Assembly (NCBI RefSeq): GCF_006345805.1
Contig: NC_043002.1
Span: 58,156,001 to 58,220,000 of the forward strand
Length of the DNA stretch: 64,000 nt
DNA from: Octopus sinensis
Lineage: Eukaryota
Direction of reading: 5' to 3'
Below are positions 60,901 through 64,000 of this stretch, piece by piece. Positions within the stretch are counted from its first letter, which is position 1; every line of letters starts with the position of its first letter. The notes below the pieces were generated by a model. The model saw nothing but the letters and a program-made list of their open reading frames with translations. It ran no database searches and had not been told where the DNA came from. A program made the position numbers and the translations under genes.

Positions 60901-63900
60901 TAGTTACTTTTCATCGACTACTGTCAATTCTAGTTACTTTTCATCAACTGTGTCCACTCTAGTTACTTTTCATGAACAGTTGTCCACTCTAGTTACTTTA
61001 CCTCAGCTACCGTGCACTCTAGTTACTTTTCATCAACTGTTGTCAATTCTAGTTACTTTTTCATCAACTGCTGTCCACTCTAGTTACTTTTCATGAACAG
61101 TTGTCCACTCTAGTTACTTTACCTCAGCTACCGTCCACTCTAGTTACTTTTCATCAACTGTTGCCAATTCTAGTTACTTTTCATCAACTGCTGTCCATTC
61201 TAGTTAATTTTCATGGACAATTGTCCCTCTAGTTACTTTTCCTCAGCTATCGTCCACTCTAGTTACTTTTCATCAACTGTTGTCAATTCTAGTTACTTTT
61301 CATCAACTGCTGTCCACTCTAGTTACTTTTCATGGACAGTTGTCCATCTATTACTTTTTATCAACAATCGTCCAATCAATTTACTTTACCTCGACTGCTG
61401 TCCACTCTAGTTACTTTTCATCGACTGTGGTCCACTCTAGTTACTTTTCATCAACTGCTGTCCACTCTAGTTACTTTTCATGGACAGTTGTCCACTCTAA
61501 TTACTTTTCATGGACAGTAGTCCACTCAAGTTAACTTTCATCAACTGCTGTCCACTCTAGTTAATTTTCATGAACAGTTGTCCACTCTAGTTACTTTACC
61601 TCAGCTACCGTGCACTCTAGTTACTTTTCATCAACTGTTCAATTCTAGTTACTTTTCATCAACTGCTGTCCACTCTAGTTACTTTTCATGAACAGTTGTC
61701 CACTCTAGTTACTTTACCTCAGCTACCGTCCACTCTAGTTACTTTCTCATCAACTGTTGTCAATTCTAGTTACTTTCATCAACTGCTGTCCATTCTAGTT
61801 ACTTTCATGGACAATTGTCCACTCTAGTTACTTTTCCTCAGCTATCGTCCACTCTAGTTACTTTTCATCAACTGTTGTCAATTCTAGTTACTTTTCATCA
61901 ACTGCTGTCCACTCTAGTTACTTTTCATGGACAGTTGTCCACTCTAGTTACTTTTCATCAACTGTTGTCAATTCTAGTTACTTTTCATCAACTGCTGTCC
62001 ACTCTAGTTACTTTTCATGGACAGTTGTCCACTCAAGTTACTTTTCATCAACAATCGTTCAATCAATTTACTTTACCTCGACTGCTGTCCACTCTAGTTA
62101 CTTTTCATCGACTATTGTCCACTCTAGTTACTTTTCATCAACTGCTGTCCACTCTAGTTACTTTTCATGGACAGTTGTCCACTCTAGTTACTTTACCTCA
62201 GCTACCGTCCACTCTAGTTACTTTCATCGACTGCTGTCAATTCAGTTACTTTCATGAACAGTTGTCCACTCTAGTTGCTTTACCTCAGCTACCGCTACCG
62301 TCCACTCTAGTTACTTTTCATCGAATACTGTCATTCTAGTTACTTTTCATCATCTGCTGTCCACTCTAGTTACTTTTCATGAACAGTTGTCCACTCTAGT
62401 TACTTTACCTCAGCTACCGTCCACTCTAGTTACTTTTCATCAACTGTTGTCACTTCTAGTTACTTTTCATCAACTGCTGTCCACTCTAGTTAATTTTCAT
62501 GAACAGTTGTCCACTCTAGTTACTTTACCTCAGCTACCGTGCACTCTAGTTACTTTCATCAACTGTTGTCAATTCTAGTTACTTTTCATCAACTGCTGTC
62601 CATTCTAGTTACTTTTCATGGGACAATTGTCCACTCTAGTTACTTTTCCTCAGCTATCGTCCACTCTAGTTACTTTTCATCAACTGTTGTCAATTCTAGT
62701 TACTTTTCATCAATGCTGTCCACTCTAGTTACTTTTCATGGACAGTTGTCCACTCTAGTTACTTTTTATCAACAATCGTCCAATCAATTTACTTTACCTC
62801 GACTGCTGTCCACTCTAGTTACTTTTCATCGACTGTGGTCCACTCTAGTTACTTTTCATCAACTGCTGTCCACTCTAGTTACTTTTCATGGACAGTTGTC
62901 CACTCTAGTTACTTTACCTCAGCTACCGTCCACTCTAGTTACTTTTCATCGACTGCTGTCAATTCTAGTTACTTTCATGAACAGTTGTCCACTCTAGTAC
63001 TTTACCTCAGCTACCGTCCACTCTAGTTACCTTTCATCGACGACTGTCAATTCTAGTTACTTTTCATCAACTGCTGTCCACTCTAGTTACTTTCATGAAC
63101 AGTTGTCCACTCTAGTTACTTTACCTCAGCTACCGTCCAGTCTAGTTACTTTTCATCAACTGTTGTCAATTCTAGTTACTTTTCATCAACTGCTGTCCAC
63201 TCTAGTTACTTTTCATGAACAGTTGTCCACTCTAGTTACTTTACCTCAGCTACCGCCGTGCACTCTAGTTACTTTTCATCAACTGTTGTCAATTCTAGTT
63301 ACTTTTCATCAACTGCTGTCCACTCTAGTTACTTTTCATGAACAGTTGTCCACTCTAGTTACTTTACCTCAGCTACCGTCCACTCTAGTTACTTTTCATC
63401 AACTGTTGTCAATTCTAGTTACTTTTCATCAACTGCTGTCCATTCTAGTTACTTTTCATGGACAATTGTCCACTCTAGTTACTTTTCCTCAGCTATCGTC
63501 GACTCTACATACTTTTCATCAACTGTCGTCAATTCTAGTTACTTTTCATCAACTGCTGTCCACTCTAGTTACTTTCATGAACAGTTGTCCACTCTAGTTA
63601 CTTTACCTCAGCTACCGTCCACTCTAGTTACTTTTCATCACTGTTGCCAATCTAGTTACTTTTCATCAACTGCTGTCCATTCTAGTTACTTTTCATGGAC
63701 ATTGTCCACTCTAGTTACTTTTCCTCAGCTATCGTCCACTCTAGCTACTTTTCATCACTGTTGTCAATTCTAGTTACTTTTCATCAACTGCTGTCCACTC
63801 TAGTTACTTTTCATGGACAGTTGTCCACTCTAGTTACTTTTTATCAACAATCGTCCAATCAATTTACTTTACCTCGACTGCTGTCCACTCTAGTTACTTT

Positions 63901-64000
63901 TCATCGACTGTGTCCACTCTAGTTACTTTTCATCAACTGCTGTCCACTCTAGTTACTTTTCATGGACAGTTGTCCACTCTAGTTACTTTTCATGGACAGT
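48940..64000. repeat. 30-bp satellite, about 500 monomers, with higher-order structure
   Basis: Same monomer family as 24849-26666; 30-bp register kept to about 59000; runs off the window. Confidence 0.98.

Larger units (their letters stand above)
29545..64000 (+). repeat. Segmental duplication, copy 2 (runs off the window)
   Basis: Same order of elements as 7160-26666, with extra segments and a much longer 30-bp array. Confidence 0.93.

Noticed and set aside
48940-64000. CRISPR array (30-bp period)
   Set aside because: Monomers are contiguous with no unique spacers, there are no cas genes, and the context is eukaryotic.
1-64000. Autonomous, intact transposon or bacterial/viral insert
   Set aside because: Every transposase, RT or endonuclease trace is truncated or has stops. 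There is no operon-like gene density and no viral hallmark gene.

Overview
AT-rich, repeat-dense animal genomic DNA, probably octopus/coleoid. That assignment is an inference from SINE fragments of the 'tttcatcctttcggggtcgataaattaagtaccag' type and the microsatellite spectrum. I found no prokaryotic system, CRISPR array, rRNA/tRNA gene or intact transposon. The window is mostly one tandem segmental duplication (copy 1 about 7160-26670, copy 2 about 29545 to the window end). Each copy holds a short Helitron, a long-TIR MITE-like element, an old ~1.1-kb chimeric tandem repeat built on an R4/Dong retrotransposon fragment, a Chapaev3 transposon remnant, a gene-like island with very short GT-AG introns, and a 30-bp satellite (about 60 monomers in copy 1, about 500 in copy 2). 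Other debris: R4/Dong 3' ends, a Penelope-type GIY-YIG fragment, Merlin and mariner fragments, SINE pieces, 46-bp, ~340-bp and ~720-bp tandem repeats, and many microsatellites. Most ORFs in the supplied track are microsatellite or satellite artefacts. Three observations are most worth checking. (1) An unidentified multi-exon gene or pseudogene whose last exon runs into the 30-bp satellite. (2) Satellite variation that looks codon-like in a TGA/TGG-containing Ser/Thr-rich frame rather than in the long open frame; this is suggestive only. (3) The retrotransposon-derived macro-repeat. All identities and counts were made by eye.
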